Source of the DNA: Eledone cirrhosa
Lineage: Eukaryota
DNA length: 64,000 nt
NCBI GenBank assembly: GCA_964016885.1
Contig: OZ024742.1
Span: forward strand, 176,948,001 to 177,012,000
Direction: 5' to 3'
Shown here: piece after piece, positions 11,302 through 22,974 of the stretch
Layout of the letters: each line of letters opens with the position of its first letter
How positions within the stretch are numbered: position 1 is the stretch's first letter
Made by a program: the position numbers and the translations under genes
The notes under the pieces: model-generated
Told to the model about the DNA's origin: nothing
Databases searched by the model: none
Seen by the model: the letters and a program-made list of their open reading frames with translations, nothing else

Positions 11302-14300
11302 ATGGCCAATATAAGAGTTCGGTGTGTGAATGTACGCGGCCCGGGGATGCCCTGGAAACAGGGCAAACTCTTAAACGACCTCAGGTCGCACAGTATGGAT
11401 GTAGTAGCCATTTGCGAGTCCACAGCGAGCGACAACTGGCCCCCATCTTCGATGAATTTGAGATCTACGCATCTCTCTGTCAGCCGGTGGGTGGGGGCGG
11501 GGTTGCCGTTTTGCTGCGGAAACAACTGGCCCTAGTAACACAGACGGTACATCTGCCCCCGGAGGGTCGACTGGTGGTCCTAGACGTTGACGGTAGGGAA
11601 AGTGGAGCCTTCAGGCTGGTGGCCGCATATGCCCCATCCGGGACACCGCGTCCAGACTTCTTCAAACGTCTAGAGACTTTTCTGGGAGCGTCCCGCTCCT
11701 TGCTTTTGGTGGGGAACTGGAATGGAATCCTAGATGCACGTTGGGACTATGTGGGAGAATGTCCCGATAAAGGGAGGGGGTGTAACATTCTCAAACAGTT
11801 AATCGGCCGATTTGACCTGGCCGATAGATATCGACTAGATTTTCCGACTGTGCCACTGTAGACGTGGACTAATCGTAGCGGAACATCTAGATCGTACCTA
11901 GATAGGGTTCTAGTTACAAATAAGGATAGGGACATGTTAAGCTGTCCACAAATGTTCATGGTTGCCTATTCAGATCACAAACTAGTGACATGCATGGTCA
12001 ACCTTGATAGAACCCATAGACAAGGACCCGGCTACTGGAAGATGAACTTGTCGTTACCAACATGCAAAGCCTACAGTAGACGGATTAGCACTTTAGTTAA
12101 ACAGCACTTGACAGCGGCCATTGTCAACAACAGATGGTGGTACTCTCCTGAGAGGGCAGTTAGATTAGACTAGTTAGATTTTAGTAAAGAATTAGCGTTA
12201 GATAGAAATAGAACCGAGAAAGAACTGGTAGATAAAGTAGAAGAGGCAATTAGAAGTGGCAACGTAGCCAGCGTGCTAGCAACGAGAACGACCTTGGACC
12301 AGTTCTTCGACGATGAGGGCTGCGTTGTCAGAAGCAAAATACGTGCTCTGGGAAATGAGGGAGCCAAAGCTGTTAGCTGGGCCCGAGTGACGGAGGCAAA
12401 AAGTGGCAACAATTCCATGATTCGGTCTTTGAAGGACCAAAACGGACGCGTGATACGTGAGCCGAAGCAGATGTGTGCGGCCTTTCAGCGGCACTTTGCT
12501 CGGCTGTTCGGGCAGGGTGGCGCGCCGGGAGGGGCTATGGATTTCGGTCCATACCTCGACGGCCTACCGCAACCCTCAGACAACGAGGCAAAGTTCTGCG
12601 AAAAGCCGATTTCAGCGGCTGAGATAGGGGACGCGTTGAGCCAATGCGGCAAACGCAAATCTCCGGGTCACGAGGGTCTACCCTACGAATTTTACGTAGC
12701 AATGCCGGACTTATTCTCCGGTCTCCTGGAAGCGGTCTACTGCAACTGGCAACAGAACGGGAGAATTCCCAGTTCTGTGACCGGGGTCGTAGTCACACTA
12801 GTCAGGAAGGACGAGAATAAGGGGGATGACATAGGCAACTTCCGGCCCATAACTCTGCTAAACACAGTTACAGATTTTGGCCAAGGTGTTGGCAAAGTGG
12901 CTGGCGCTTGTCGTCGAGAACCTGGTGGGAGAAGCGCAGACATGCGCAATCCCGACCAGGTCCATACACGACAAACTCCACCTCATGCGATACATCATAG
13001 AGAGGGTAGGGTGTAAACCCGGCTTCGGTGGGGCCCTGATCAACTTGGATCAGTCTAAGGCTTTCGATAGGGTTGACCATCGTTACCTGGATGCGTTGTC
13101 CAGGCAGCAGGCTTCGGACCCGTGTTCAGGGGCTGGATTGCTGTAATGCATAACAGCAACATCTGCTCAATGGTTAAGGTGAATGGCTACCTCTCGGAGC
13201 CGTTCCATATCACGCGATCCATCCGAGAGGGATGCTCGCTCTCCTCCCTTCTGTACGTATTGACTCTCGAGCCACTACTGCGGAAGTTGGAGCTATTGCA
13301 GGGCATCCCTCTGGAACCGGGACTGCGGAAAGCGGCGTCGGCCTACGCGGACGACGTGACAATAATGCTGTCGAGCGCCTCGCAGATCGAGGAAGACGGC
13401 ACCTTACTGAAGGAATACGAAAGGTTCACAGGAGCGAAGCTGAACCGGGACAAGTCCATCGGTTTGCAACTCGGATTGTGGAGAGGCAAACCGATGCCTT
13501 CCAATGGCGTCGTCGGACGCTGGACGGAAGGACCAGTAAAGCTGCTCGGGGTCTGGTTTTGTCCGGACCTGCAGGTGGAGAAGAACTAGAACGAGGTGTC
13601 GGCCAAGGTGTTTGCACTCACCCAGAAGTGAGCCGAGTGCAAACTATCCTTGAAAGGTCAAGCGGAGGTGGCGAACACATTTATAGCCTCCGCCATCTAC
13701 TACCGCTTGACCGTCATGCCTTGTCCAGCCAAAACCCTCGCCAAAATGGAGCGCGCGCTCTTCCAATTCCTTTGGAAGAGGCAGGCTCCTTTGGTGAGAA
13801 GATCCATCTGCTGCCAACGCCCTTCCAACAGAGGGCTGGGAAAGTTGTGGTTGACGATGCGCAAACACGCTCTCAGGCTGCGGCATCTCTACGTATTCCT
13901 CTCCGGACAACCGGTGTGGACCCCGTTCGTGAGGCGAGCCTTCCCATGACTCGTCTCGCTGACCGAGCTGCAGTCCTGGGTCAAGCAAAGACCGAGGAAA
14001 ATGGGCGACTAGCACATCGAATTTGCTCAAGCGCTCACAGCCCTCTGGCAGGCGGACCCGGCAGTCAGTGGAGACTCCACTTCGTCATTCTATAGAGGGT
14101 TGATCCGCAGCAAGTGCGACGACGTGCTCGGTTAAATGCTAGGCGTAGAGGAAGACGAACTGGTCAGTCTGTTCGGTAGGACCCTCCGCCCGGGACCGAT
14201 GGACAACTTCCAAAAGTCCCTGGCCTGGCAGTGCTACCGAGGAGCTCTACCAGTTCGATACATGCTCTACAGACATGGGCGACCGGGCAGGGACCCTGCA

Positions 14301-14726
14301 AAAAAGATCTGTCCGAGGTGTGTTCGAGACGAAGAAACCGTCGCGCACGCATTCATACACTTCCCGGGCGTCACGGACCTGTGGGGCTATGTGGAACGAC
14401 TATTGTCGCAGGTGGGACCAATCCAGTTGACCACCGAGTCCATTGTCATGATCAAACCGCCACCCTCCATCAAAAACGAAGGACAGGCGGTTTTCCTTTG
14501 TGTGATAGCTATGGTGAAAGAGGTTGTATGGTGGACAAGTTTGAAAGGGCCGAGGTCAGACACCTTTCTCTCCAGCCAACAACTGATACTTTTTTTCAAA
14601 TACCACTTTGGCAGAAGAATCAGAATGGAGAGAGAAGTGCTGTACCCCAGCAGGTTTTATGAAAGGTGGGTGAAAGTGGCGAGAATGGCCCGAGTGAATG
14701 GGCCTTCTCTCTATAACAGACTGTAG
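11302..14726 (+). pseudogene. LINE ORF2 (AP endonuclease, reverse transcriptase, C-terminal zinc finger), broken by stops and frameshifts
   Basis: NVRG, AYAPS, SDH, KSPG.EGLP, FRPITLLN, DQSKAFDRVDH, GCSLS, AYADD and CPRC..H motifs across consecutive ORFs. Confidence 0.92.
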
Positions 14727-14900
14727 GTTGAGGAAAAAGAGGAGGAGAGGAATGGAGTAAATCGATTAATTTTTAAATTGCATTTGTGATAATATTTTAC
14801 ACGTTTTTATTGTATGTAAACTTCCCCCTTTGTATGTGTCCCCTGCTTTTGTGCCTCTGTGGCTAATAAAGAAACATATCTATCTATCTATCTATCAATA

Positions 14901-14971
<71 letters not shown>

Positions 14972-14974
<3 letters not shown>

Positions 14975-15330
14975 AAAGTTCTATTTAAATTGTTGGGATA
15001 CAGCAAGCAAATATTTTTATAACTGACATAAAGCACTCGACAAGTATTTGGAGCAAATATATGATATTAACAAATGGAAACTATATTTATAAAACCATAT
15101 CTATTTTATTATACATATTTCAAGGATACCATGTTAAATTATGGTATGCTTTCATCAGACAAAATACAATATATACCAGTTTTATAAATAAATTTTGACA
15201 TACCCTTTCAAAATACAACCGTTACTTTTGGAAGACATCAGGGATATTGGATTTGTTTATCTAAGTAAGTCATTGTGTTACGGAGAAGGAAAAAGACGGA
15301 GAGAGAGAAAAACCGAGAGAGAGATATAAA
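14972..15330 (-). mobile_element. Family B hammerhead element, copy 2
   Basis: Reverse complement of 5050-5413; abuts (TA)n. Confidence 0.8.
15102..15166 (-). ncRNA. Minimal type I hammerhead ribozyme, family B
   Basis: Minus strand TATTTTGT-CTGATGA-AAGCATACCAT..ATGGTATCCTT-GAA-ATATGTAT-A-ATAAAATA; compensatory changes relative to copy 1. Confidence 0.85.
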
Positions 15331-16399
15331 GAAAGAAAAAGAGAAAAAAAGAAAAAAAGAAATATCTATATCTATATATGTATATGTATAGATATATATA
15401 AAAATATATATATATGTATATACATATATATAATATTACCAGTACGATTCTTTAACCCTTCATTACGTTTATTGATTGTTGACGCGCGTTTCGCTATTGA
15501 TCTGCTCAAGTGCGATCTGTTTCGATCTGGCCCGAAGCTGGAATCAATCACTCGTCGACCTTTGGTGTTGTAATAACAGAATGAACATATAAAGCATAGA
15601 AATATCTGTAGCGTTTCGCGTTCATATGGTGGTCAATTTATGTTGTTTTGATTTGTGGTTTAGATATGAAGAATGTATTGGTATGTGTTATAAGTGGGGG
15701 GACGATCACCATTAATTCTTTATATATATTTTCAAATACTAACCGCATATGATAATTCCCTTCATTAATTCTTTATAGTGCAAATCCCCTTGAACGATGT
15801 CTAATCAGCTTACAAATAAGCCCCACCACAACCTAGTATAATCTACCTCACTTACCTGTCCCCTCCTTCCTTTCCTCTCATTCTTCCGTGACAGAAAATG
15901 CCCTACCACTATTACAGTATCGCACTCTTTCATGTCCTATCACGCACAGTCCTACCACATCTACACCACAGCCAGCACCGCTGAATCACTACGTACACGC
16001 CAAAATGTCTATGAAAGCCAAAACACCACCCTCCCGCAATTCGCATCAAGAATCACTCCCCACCACCACCACCTCGTCACTATGCTCATACCCCCACCAA
16101 CACCTCGATACAGACGTGAATCTAAACATCGAGTGTTCACCTGGGTGAACCTACAGTAACTTCACGTTACACTCCCTGGATATATACATACACACACATA
16201 TATATATATATATATAAAGGTTTACATATACATAAATTTATATATGTTACAACCGGTCACCTTTTAGCTCCATGAAGAATTAATAAATTAAATACTCAGA
16301 GCAATATATTATTATAAATCATGTCTACAGAATTATTAGATAAACAAATTAAAATAAAATAAAATATATACAATATATATATATATATTTATATATATA

Positions 16400-16968
16400 A
16401 GTAAGTTATTCCGGGTTGAATGGGAGGTAACCACAGTAAGTAAGGTACTCAATACATAGCAGATTATAAAAGTTTTAATATAGATGAGATTCTACAGGAA
16501 TAGAATTGTTTCATTCTTTAGAAATCATCAGGAATCTGGCTTTCCAAAATAAATGTTGTGGTATTTATATCTGTCCAGGTGGTAGGAGAGGGTGCGGAGT
16601 GGGATGGGTGAAGGTCATTGGTTGAAAGAAAAGGGAATTCATTAAAAGCTAATTCTTTAAGGCTATAATTTATAATTAGAGTGACAAAGGCAGATAGAAT
16701 TCTATAAACAGGTTCGGAATGGGGTGCCACTCCTTATTTTTAAGTTTCTCTTAGGCTAACAATGCCTATATTTCAGGTGTCTATAAGATTGTTGAGGGTC
16801 AGTCATGGTTGATGGATTTAAAGAAGAGGGAAATTCTTTAAAAGCTAATTCTTTAAAGCTCTACTCAGCGTGACAAAGGCCAAGAGAATTCTATAAACCA
16901 GTTCAAAATATTGGGTACCTATCATATCATTATTGTCATATTTCTCTTAAGCTAAATTCCAGGTGTCA
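16400..16968 (-). mobile_element. Non-coding hammerhead-bearing element, family C copy 1, with an internal duplication of about 195-bp period
   Basis: 16470-16880 is the reverse complement of 28385-28791; TTAAAAGCTAATTCTTTAA..GTGACAAAGGC..GAATTCTATAAAC occurs twice. Confidence 0.75.
16487..16537 (-). ncRNA. Type I hammerhead ribozyme, family C
   Basis: Minus strand AGATTC-CTGATGA-TTTCTAAAGAAT-GAA-ACA..TGT-A-GAATCT; GUA site. Confidence 0.75.
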
Positions 16969-17017
16969 ACAGACACATTCACATACACACACACATACAT
17001 ACATATATACATACACA

Positions 17018-17130
<113 letters not shown>

Positions 17131-17297
17131 ATACTTTGGGAGGGTCATGTTGCCAATAAGAAACACACGCACCGGTTGCTTTCACTTCAATTTATTATAT
17201 ATTTATAAATTTATAAATTTACAAATCTACAAACCTATAAATTATAAATTTCTGGTTGGTTGGTTGGTTCCACAACCAGATAGTTGTTTATATATAT

Positions 17298-17342
17298 AGT
17301 CATAGTCCTTTCGTCACACACTCTGTGACCTCTTCAGTGACT
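17298..17342 (-). ncRNA. Minimal hammerhead in pLTR, family D
   Basis: Minus strand AGTCA-CTGAAGA-G-GTCACA gagtg TGTGAC-GAA-AGGACT-A-TGACT. Confidence 0.75.
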
Positions 17343-17619
17343 GGGGATTCCTTTCTTCGTTTCTGTGCCTTTTCTTTCTTCTATCCTACGCCATTTTGTT
17401 TCTGTGTGTGTGTTGTGTGCTCAGTTTGCGCATGTGCCACATCCGGGTGTCTGTGTGTATTCGTGTTCATTTTTCTATTTGTTTATTTATTTATTGTTGG
17501 TTGGTTGTTTGTTCTATGTGTGTGTGTGTTTTCATTTTGTCCTGTGTGTGTTTTCATTTTGTGTGTGTTTTCAATTGTAAGTTGTTTTTTCTATGTGTGT
17601 GTGTGTTTTCATTTCGTCC

Positions 17620-20600
17620 TTAATTGTAAGTTGTGATGTTGCTGTTCCACTCATATTTTCTATTTAATTTTGGTTTTAATTCTTTTATGCTTACTGCCTC
17701 TGTAATTTGCCTAAACATTGCGTCTTTTCTGTGCGTGGATTCTATTTTTATTTCTATGCTCTCTAATCTACCCCTGTGTTCTATCTTAGCATGTTGGTAG
17801 AGCACAGATGATTCTTTATTATCTTGGAGGTCTCGCCAGTGTTCATTTATTCGTTCCCCTATACTACGAGCTGTCTCACCTATGTACACTATATTTTTGT
17901 TTCTACATTGTCCTTCAGTACATCTTATGCTATACACTACATTTCTAGTTTTACAGTTAATATGGGGGCTTATTTTACAGGTTATACATTTCTTATCTAT
18001 ACATGAGGGTCTTTGGAACGGGTATGTCTTGCTAATAAGTGTTTTTACGGAGGTACCTGGTCTTTCTACTATCTTAATATTGAGTTTATGTTTATTTAGG
18101 GCCCTTCTAAATTTGTAGGCTAGTTCGCCTCTAGGGGTTGTATTGATGAACATTACACTCTGGTATTTATTACTATCATACCATGAGTTTATTCTATTGG
18201 CCTTGTTCCTAGTTCTTTCTATTCTATTCCAAAATTTGCTCCTATACAAGGGGCAGGTCTCATTTATGTCATTATTTACCATTTTTTCCCATTTGGTTCT
18301 GGCTCCTCTATACACTCTGATTTCTTTCTCTCTGATTGTAGCCAGAGAACTGCATACGGTGGATGAAGTGTTGTATGTGTCTCTCTAGTTCTTCAGGGTT
18401 GCACATGCGGGACACGTTTCTCATCACCCGTACCAAATCCGCAATCAGTATGTTGATTTTGGTATGGTCCGAAACGGCCGAGTTTCGGTGGATCAGATGT
18501 TTGGAAGTCATGGGTTTGGCATAATGGGAACGGAGGATTTGTTTTTTGTTGTTAATGGTATCTAACCAGAGCTCTGTGTCTAGTACAGGTAATCGATGGT
18601 TGGGGTGTTTACTTGGGTAGTCTATAGTAACTCTAATGCTCTGGTAGATGGAGTTTGCTATTTGCTGGATGCTTTCCATTGTGTTTTTCTCTAGTTCCTG
18701 ACTGTTCTCTAGTGGGGGTGTCTTAACTACGATGTTTATATCATCAACGTAGCGGGAGTACATTATCAGGGTTAAGGGGTCTTCTAATTGTTCTTTAAGT
18801 TTAAGTTTAAGTCTACTGTCCCACCATGCCATGAATAAGTTAGCTATGTCACCTGCAATGCTAACACCAATGGCTGCTCCTTCCCCTTGGGCATATGGAA
18901 AAACATACCAAAATCAACATACTGATTGCGGATTTGGTACGGGTGATGAGAAATGTGTCCCGCGTGTGCAACCCAAAAGAACTAGAGAGACACATACAAC
19001 TTCTAGAGAGACACATGCTCCTTCCTCTTGGGCATATGTTTTTCCTTTAAATTTGAACATATGTTCCTTAAGGGTTAGTTTTATGCTGGCCCCTACCGCA
19101 TGTACAATCATTTTCTTCAGTTCATCGTGGTTTTCGTGTGTCCGTATGGCTCTGGTCCACCCGTTCCATCTATCTGTGTGGGTTTTCTTGGCCATTGAGG
19201 TAATGGTAGGTGGTCTGCCGCTTGCTGGTCTTGTAGGGCACAGGTTGCTAAGGTCATATGTATCTAGGAAATTATTACTATAGGTAAGTTTAAGTAGGAG
19301 TCCCAGCTCACTGGTATCAATCCCACGGAACTCAACATTGCTCTCACTGATCATTTCTACGCATTTCTCCACAGAAAAATCCACGTCAATAGATGGATAC
19401 AGGGACACAACATCCATACTACCTATTATGCAGTTTGTTAGGTCCCTAGATCGGTTACTCACGCCGATTCTGCTGAGGAGGTCCTCCGTGCTGTCACATA
19501 CATCTGGGAACATTTCGATGATGGGGCGTATGATCAGGGAGAGGAAGTAGGACAGTCTGTAGTTACTAGCAATGTGAGCTCCACAGACTGGCCGTGTTGG
19601 TGGTCCCGCGACAGGGTCACTGCCCGTTTTGTGGTCTTTTCGAAGCCCATACAACGCCGGCACGTCATTGTTCCAGGCCTGGAAGTTGTTGGCAGTCCTT
19701 TTGTTGGGCTGCATTATATTCGTCCACATCACCATATGGGCATTGAGGGCTTTTCTCTATCCTCATGCTCCTGTGGTGTTACTTCTCTTGTGTTAGTGAT
19801 GTGGGGTTGCATTGCCTGGATGTAGTTTGGCAGGCTGTCAACCGACATTCTGCCAGACTTGTCTGTTGGAAAGCATGCTATCTCTCCATTACGGGAGCGC
19901 TGCATGAGCTTACGCAAGCCATTTGCAGATTTTTCTCCCAGTTGCTGGGCCTCCATTCTATTATGCTTCTTGCTATACTGTTCTATAATATTTCTAAGTT
20001 CGGATCTAGCTATACTAAATTGTGCTTCTGTTTGTTCATCGACCTGCGACGGCAATTGCGTGCGTTTGTTAAATGTTAAATTCGTGGCGTGAACTCGTCG
20101 CAGGTCGAACGATTTATCGGAGGGATTATAAAAACTAGAGTTCCAGGCTGCTGCTTTATGTGTACTAGTGCTATTGTTATTGTTAGTTGTGTTGTTTCTA
20201 TTTCTATTTCCACCAACAGCCTCATGGTTGTTTCTATGTCTCTCATAATTACTCCTGTCTCTTTCCACTGGCTCATTGTTGTTATCTATCCTATTTTGTG
20301 TGTCTGTGTGTTCGTCTTGGTTATTTTCTTTGTCCTTAGTCTCCCTTCTACTTTTAATCCTATTACTTTCCCTTATTTCTGTGATTTCTGTGCTACTGTC
20401 ATTACTTGTTTTCTGTGTCTGTGTGTTTGTTAAGATTGGGGTGTTGGTGAGAGTCATTGAATGTGTGTGTGTTGTTGTTGTTGATGTGTGCTGTTGTTGA
20501 TGTGTGTTGTTGTTGTCTCCGTGTGTGTTATCGTTGTTGTGTGTGTTGTTATTGTTGTTTGTGTCTGCGTGTCTGTTGTTGTTGTTTCTGGGTATGTTAT

Positions 20601-21330
20601 TATTGTTGTTGTTGGTGTGTGTTTTGTTGTTATTGTTGTTATTGTTGTTTGTGTCTGTGTGTCTGTTGTTGTTGGGATGTGTGTTGTATATGTGTGTGCG
20701 TATATTGCTGTTTTTGTTTTTGAGGCTCCAGCGTAGTTTTGTAAATGATTTTTCTATTTCTGACAGACAACTAATCATATTTACCTTCTTGAATGTCGCA
20801 TACTTAGGTGGAAGTTGTAATACAGATAATTCATCTTCATCTATTATTGTGTTGCCGTATATATTTGTGTTGTTGTTGTTGTTGAACTCATCTGTTAATG
20901 AGGTGTCGGCCATATTTATACCGTCAATTTTGTCGGGATATCTATTGGTATTCTCTATAGTATCCTGATTTAGCTTTATCTGCTTAAGCCACTTTAGTTT
21001 CTTGTTAAAGTGCTTATCACATTCTTGAGTAATGTACTGTTCTTCAGGAGAGTATAAGGCTTATAAATATTAGGTTCTCACTTGGTGTGGTGATCCTAGC
21101 TATTTCTTGTATTAGGTTACGCTTGTGTTTTTCTTGATGACTTAATTCTCTATAGATCTTCTTTTTTATGTTTAGAATTAGTGTTCGTTTTAGCCTATCT
21201 GCTTGATTTTTGGTGAGTTGTAATCTTCTTACGTCGGTGTTGATGGTGTTGGTGTAAACTCGGGACGAGGCACATTCTTTAAGAGGTGTAGTTGTCGAGA
21301 TGTTATGGTTTTTCGTAGACAACGGAACAT
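17620..21330 (-). pseudogene. Penelope-like polyprotein, frameshifted
   Basis: TDKSG, LYGLRKDHK, DVVSLYPSI, RYVDDI, Cys linker CIDKKCITC, NVVY..VYIGET..ERINEH (GIY-YIG). Confidence 0.9.
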
Positions 21331-21614
21331 GGGGCAATAAACATAAAAGAATTACAACCAAAATTAAATAGAAAATATGAGTGGAACAGCAACATCACAA
21401 CTTACAATTAAGGACAAAATGAAAACACACACACACATAGAAGAAACAACCAACCAGTAACATGTAAATAAACAAATAAATAAATGAACATAAACACACA
21501 CAGACACCCGGATGTGGCGAATGCGCAGACTGAACACACAACACACACACACAGAAACAAAATGGCGTAGGACAGAACAAAGGAGAGGCACAGAAACAAA
21601 GAAAGGAATCCGCA

Positions 21615-21657
21615 GTCACTGAAGAGGTCACAGAGTGTGTGACGAAAGAACTATGAC
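21615..21657 (+). ncRNA. Minimal hammerhead in the inverted pLTR, family D
   Basis: GTCA-CTGAAGA-G-GTCACA gagtg TGTGAC-GAA-AGAACT-A-TGAC. Confidence 0.7.
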
Positions 21658-21792
21658 AATATATAAACAACTATCTGATTGTTGAACCAACCAACCAACC
21701 AGAAATTTATAAATTTATTATAATAAATTGAAGTGAAAGCAACTGGTGCGTGTGATTCTTATTGGCAACATGACCCTCCCAAAGTATAACAA

Positions 21793-21836
<44 letters not shown>

Positions 21837-22363
21837 AAGGACCGGTTGATGTTCGTTAAATCGCTCCACATATGACGTATTATCTTCGTTTTTTTCGTTC
21901 ATCGCCAGAGAACGTCTCTATGCACCACCTAAGAGAACATTAGTCTACGACCTCTATTATACCATAAACGTGGTTCTGTCTTTGCGCGTAATTGTTTTTC
22001 ACCGCTCCTATTAATGACGTATTATATTCGTTTTTTCCCGTTCTTAGCCAGCGAACGTTTCCACGAACCAACGTATCGTCTTCCTGTCTTCTTCCGGCTG
22101 CAACGTTTTTTTAAATATCCAGTACTGCGTTTACAGATTGACTTTGTTAGTTTCAGAAGATCCCGTTAAGGGTGAAAGCAGCGATTCTTTGCTTAAACTT
22201 TAATCTGTTATTTTAATAAATATTTGCTCTACGGTTCTTATATATTTGATATATATTTATCCTTATCGAGCCCTCTTTGGATTTTAGTCTTCAAATTTAT
22301 TATTATTACTATATATATATATATAAAGCATGTAGACATCATAAAAAGGTAATTTATTCCGTG

Positions 22364-22475
22364 TGCTTACAAATGTTTCCACGGACGTACTACAGCCTAG
22401 TTATGCTATGTGCAAATTTACAACTATTTGCAGAACTCAAATATCCAGTTCTGTGACCACTGTATCCTCAGAGCA
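22364..22475 (-). ncRNA. Hammerhead with long stem II insertion, family E copy 1
   Basis: Minus strand TGCT-CTGAGGA-TAC..(about 85 nt)..GTG-GAA-ACATTTGT-A-AGCA. Confidence 0.7.
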
Positions 22476-22974
22476 GAATGGTTCAAATGTACAATGTAAA
22501 TACCCTTAAGTGGGGTTGTTGGAGAAGATAGAGTAGAAAAGGAGGAGAGAAAAGTAGGGGAGATGGAGAGAGAGAGAAAGATATGCAGGGGTTGGAGAAA
22601 TAGGAGAGAGTGGTTCGTAGATATCTTAATCAAAATGTTATGGTAGGGGTTTTATTATACTGGTTTCTTTTGGAGAGATCCGTTGATAGTTAAGGTCGGA
22701 ATTATTTATTGCTCCAGAGGGCAGGTTCATAGATGTGGAGAGGGAGGGAGGTAGGCCAAAGGCGAGAGGGAGAGAGAGTGTAATGGATGTAGAGAGAGAG
22801 AGATAGAGAGGGGACAGGCGAAGTCTGTGTGGTGAGTGAACTTTGTGTTCGTAGTAGTAATCTGCGAATTGCACTGAGTTACCATTTATAGTGATAAGCA
22901 GTGTATTGTCTTGTAGTGTGGGGGAAGAGAAGGTGGTTAGCTAGAAAGCGATGTTATAGTTACGGGTTCGAATG

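Larger units (their letters stand above)
9627..14897 (+). mobile_element. Near full-length L1/Tx1-type LINE, inactivated
   Basis: ORF1 with zinc knuckle, ORF2 APE-RT-ZnF fragments in order, AATAAA followed by a (TATC)n tail. Confidence 0.92.
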
